Positions 48,705-50,699 of a DNA stretch of 50,699 nucleotides are shown here, piece after piece (position 1 is the stretch's first letter; each line of letters begins with the position of its first letter). This DNA comes from a phage: the sequence record PZ150740.1; one strand, written 5' to 3'. The translations under genes and the position numbers were made by a program. The notes beneath the pieces are model-generated. The model was given only the letters and a program-made list of their open reading frames with translations. It did no database searches and was not told where the DNA came from.

Positions 48705-48929
48705 TTAAGCTGTATATTTTACTTTTCCATCTTTGGCTCGAATGGAATTTAGGATCTTGCTACCGATCATCAGGTATTGACCACGGACAAGCCATTTCTT
48801 TTGTTTTTCGCTCCAGATTGCAGAAGCGTACCAACCTTTATTAATCACGAACTTATAAGCAAAGCGCATGACAACGGAAAAGATAATGATAGCCATGATA
48901 AAACCAATGCAGAAAGATAATGCGATCAT
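48705..48929 (-). CDS. small membrane protein
   Basis: ORF track; hydrophobic N-terminus. Confidence 0.45.
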   Translation of the reverse strand: MIALSFCIGFIMAIIIFSVVMRFAYKFVINKGWYASAIWSEKQKKWLVRGQYLMIGSKILNSIRAKDGKVKYTA

Positions 48930-49111
48930 TGTAAAGCCCTCACAAGGTTAATTGAAAATTGATGTGTTTCAGGATTAGCGCCAGATTGCTCTTTTGCTTT
49001 TGCTACTGCTTCCAGTTCATCAAGAGCATCAACTACGCATTCATATTCCTGTTTGCATGATTGGCAATTACGCCCCATTCGCCGGATCGTCATCTTCACT
49101 TTGTAATTCAT
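48926..49111 (-). CDS. small Cys-containing protein (start adjusted to MNYKVKM)
   Basis: ORF track frame; CQSC...C motif. Confidence 0.4.
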   Translation of the reverse strand: MNYKVKMTIRRMGRNCQSCKQEYECVVDALDELEAVAKAKEQSGANPETHQFSINLVRALQ

Positions 49112-49301
49112 CAGCGACAACCTCACGCTTAATGCTGGTAATGTTGTGAATCGGGTAAGCAACATTACCGATAGAAATGCAAGTTTCGTCACCGTCTAGC
49201 TGATCCTCTGTAGCTTCTACTGTAAAGCTGTTAACAAAGCTATTGTAGAAAGGATGAATAACGGTATCACGGAAAGAAACGGTTAATTTGTATTTAATCA
49301 T
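49068..49301 (-). CDS. hypothetical protein
   Basis: ORF track; RBS GGAGA; downstream of structured leader. Confidence 0.5.
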   Translation of the reverse strand: MIKYKLTVSFRDTVIHPFYNSFVNSFTVEATEDQLDGDETCISIGNVAYPIHNITSIKREVVADELQSEDDDPANGA

Positions 49302-49434
49302 TTTGAATCTCCATTAAAAAAGGCGATACGTCTTACGGATTATCTTGCATTGCAAAAACCTCCTGCATATCGCCGTTGCTGTGTGACTATCGCGTCACGC
49401 GTTCGGACTAAGCCGCTCTTATGTAAACGACGCC

Positions 49435-49463
49435 ATGCTAACCAATCAGGAAAGAGTTGTCAA
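49435..49463 (-). promoter_or_regulatory. sigma70-like promoter (TTGACA-17-TAGCAT) with long structured leader
   Basis: Minus strand TTGACAactctttcctgattggtTAGCAT; ~125-nt leader with inverted repeats before gene 49068-49301. Confidence 0.45.
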
Positions 49464-49694
49464 TCATTCCCTGTCGAAAGCGTTCCCCCAACGTCCGCGC
49501 AAGTAACCACATAGCCAAATGAATTGAGTGATCGTCAACATTGGCGCGATTGGCTGGTAGTGTTCTGCAATGATGCCCTTCATTACTTCATCAACATACT
49601 TCCCGCGCTTTTCCACATCCGCTTTCATCGCCTCGCCGCACTTTTTAGCCTGGCGTTTAGCTGCGTTGAATTGCGCCTCATTCATTCCAAACAT
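49464..49694 (-). CDS. hypothetical protein
   Basis: ORF track. Confidence 0.5.
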   Translation of the reverse strand: MFGMNEAQFNAAKRQAKKCGEAMKADVEKRGKYVDEVMKGIIAEHYQPIAPMLTITQFIWLCGYLRGRWGNAFDRE

Positions 49695-49878
49695 TACAGA
49701 CCTCTACCCTTCCACAAGTTGTACATTTCGAAATAGTGCATTGCTGTTTCAGTGTCGCCTCGCTCTAATGCTTCCTCTTGCTTCTGTGCGCACCACTGCG
49801 ACGGTTTTATGTAGTTATCCATTGAATCACCTTAACTAAAAAATTCATCGTTAGAATGAGATTTATGCTCTCCTATGG

Positions 49879-50202
49879 CTATTCATTTTCGTTAAATTCT
49901 CCGCGCATTATGCACTTGATGTTTTCCAGTGAGTTGTGCTTGTACTCGTTCCACTGCTCAGTGGTGAAATTCATGCTCCTGGGCGATCCCAATTCTTCGC
50001 TAATTAGATCGTCAATCAATTGGCTCACCTCGTCGACAACAAGTTCGTTGGTTTGTTCGATGTTCTCCACGCACTCAAAACCCTGAATGCACCCACCTAA
50101 AACCTGTTGACGCTTTTTAGCCTCATCAAGAGTGTCACAAATTGCGCGACGCTCCTGCTTGTTTTCGTTAGTTCCGATCTTGTAGTAGTGAATATAAATC
50201 AT
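49879..50202 (-). CDS. hypothetical protein
   Basis: ORF track. Confidence 0.5.
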   Translation of the reverse strand: MIYIHYYKIGTNENKQERRAICDTLDEAKKRQQVLGGCIQGFECVENIEQTNELVVDEVSQLIDDLISEELGSPRSMNFTTEQWNEYKHNSLENIKCIMRGEFNENE

Positions 50203-50480
50203 AAACCTGATTCCTCCATAGTCTCGTTTATGCGCTTCCAGTTTTCGACTTGCTGATCTCTGTATCCGTTCTCACCGAACCAAGCCGCTGTTTCTGCCTG
50301 ATCAGTGCCAACAGGAACAAATGCGTGTTCAAGCTGGTTAAAAACTTCACGCGCTACCGTCTCAGGAATTTTAACAGTTGCCTGGACGCCGTCATCATCC
50401 CGCCAGCCAAAGGCCGCTAACATAATGCGCGCTTGCTGCTCTGACAGGTTAATCGTGATCATTCTTCTACTACCTCGCAT
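50199..50480 (-). CDS. hypothetical protein
   Basis: ORF track. Confidence 0.5.
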   Translation of the reverse strand: MRGSRRMITINLSEQQARIMLAAFGWRDDDGVQATVKIPETVAREVFNQLEHAFVPVGTDQAETAAWFGENGYRDQQVENWKRINETMEESGL

Positions 50481-50671
50481 TCGTCATGGTTAACACTAAT
50501 ATTATCGCCAGCCTTGATAAACTCGCTGTTACGCGGCGCAATAACACAATAAGATCCGTCACTGAAATGACCGTCAACCTCCAGCACATCACCAACAACC
50601 AAACCGCATTGCTCAAGAGTAATTGATCCGTCGCCGTTGATAGTGTCGATTTTGGTGATTTTGATTTTCAT
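50459..50671 (-). CDS. hypothetical protein (first gene of box unit that spans the window junction)
   Basis: ORF track; RBS GAGGAAAG; leader matches box-unit leader consensus. Confidence 0.5.
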   Translation of the reverse strand: MKIKITKIDTINGDGSITLEQCGLVVGDVLEVDGHFSDGSYCVIAPRNSEFIKAGDNISVNHDECEVVEE

Positions 50672-50699
50672 TGCGCTTTCCTCTGTTTCGCTTCAATAA

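Overview
The window reads as a complete, circularly permuted genome of a virulent siphovirus (no integrase or repressor seen), with T1-like organisation judged from recollection rather than any search. Minus-strand late genes at 28621-50671 run terminase small/large, portal, Mu F-like minor head protein, scaffold, two paralogous head proteins, major capsid, connector and tail proteins, tail chaperone G/GT with a -1 frameshift, tape measure, and lambda-like M, L, K, I, J. A plus-strand tail fibre (21982-24612) carries 126-bp tandem repeats. Replication and recombination genes are helicase, primase-like protein, SSB, Erf, exonuclease, VRR-NUC and Dam. The lysis cassette is a pinholin-like holin, a frameshifted SAR endolysin and a u-spanin. 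Two arrays of small early genes (48-6633 minus; 7326-13892 plus) flank a 650-bp divergent control region. The most striking feature is a 21-bp box (AATAGCACTTTTTGTTAAAAC) present in 14 near-perfect copies, each followed 17-18 bp later by a -10-like hexamer and a conserved leader, usually with the upstream gene's stop codon inside the box. I read this as a phage-specific promoter family lacking a normal -35. Degenerate and antisense copies sit in the late operons. Coordinates of features not in the ORF track were counted by hand and may be off by 1-2 bp.
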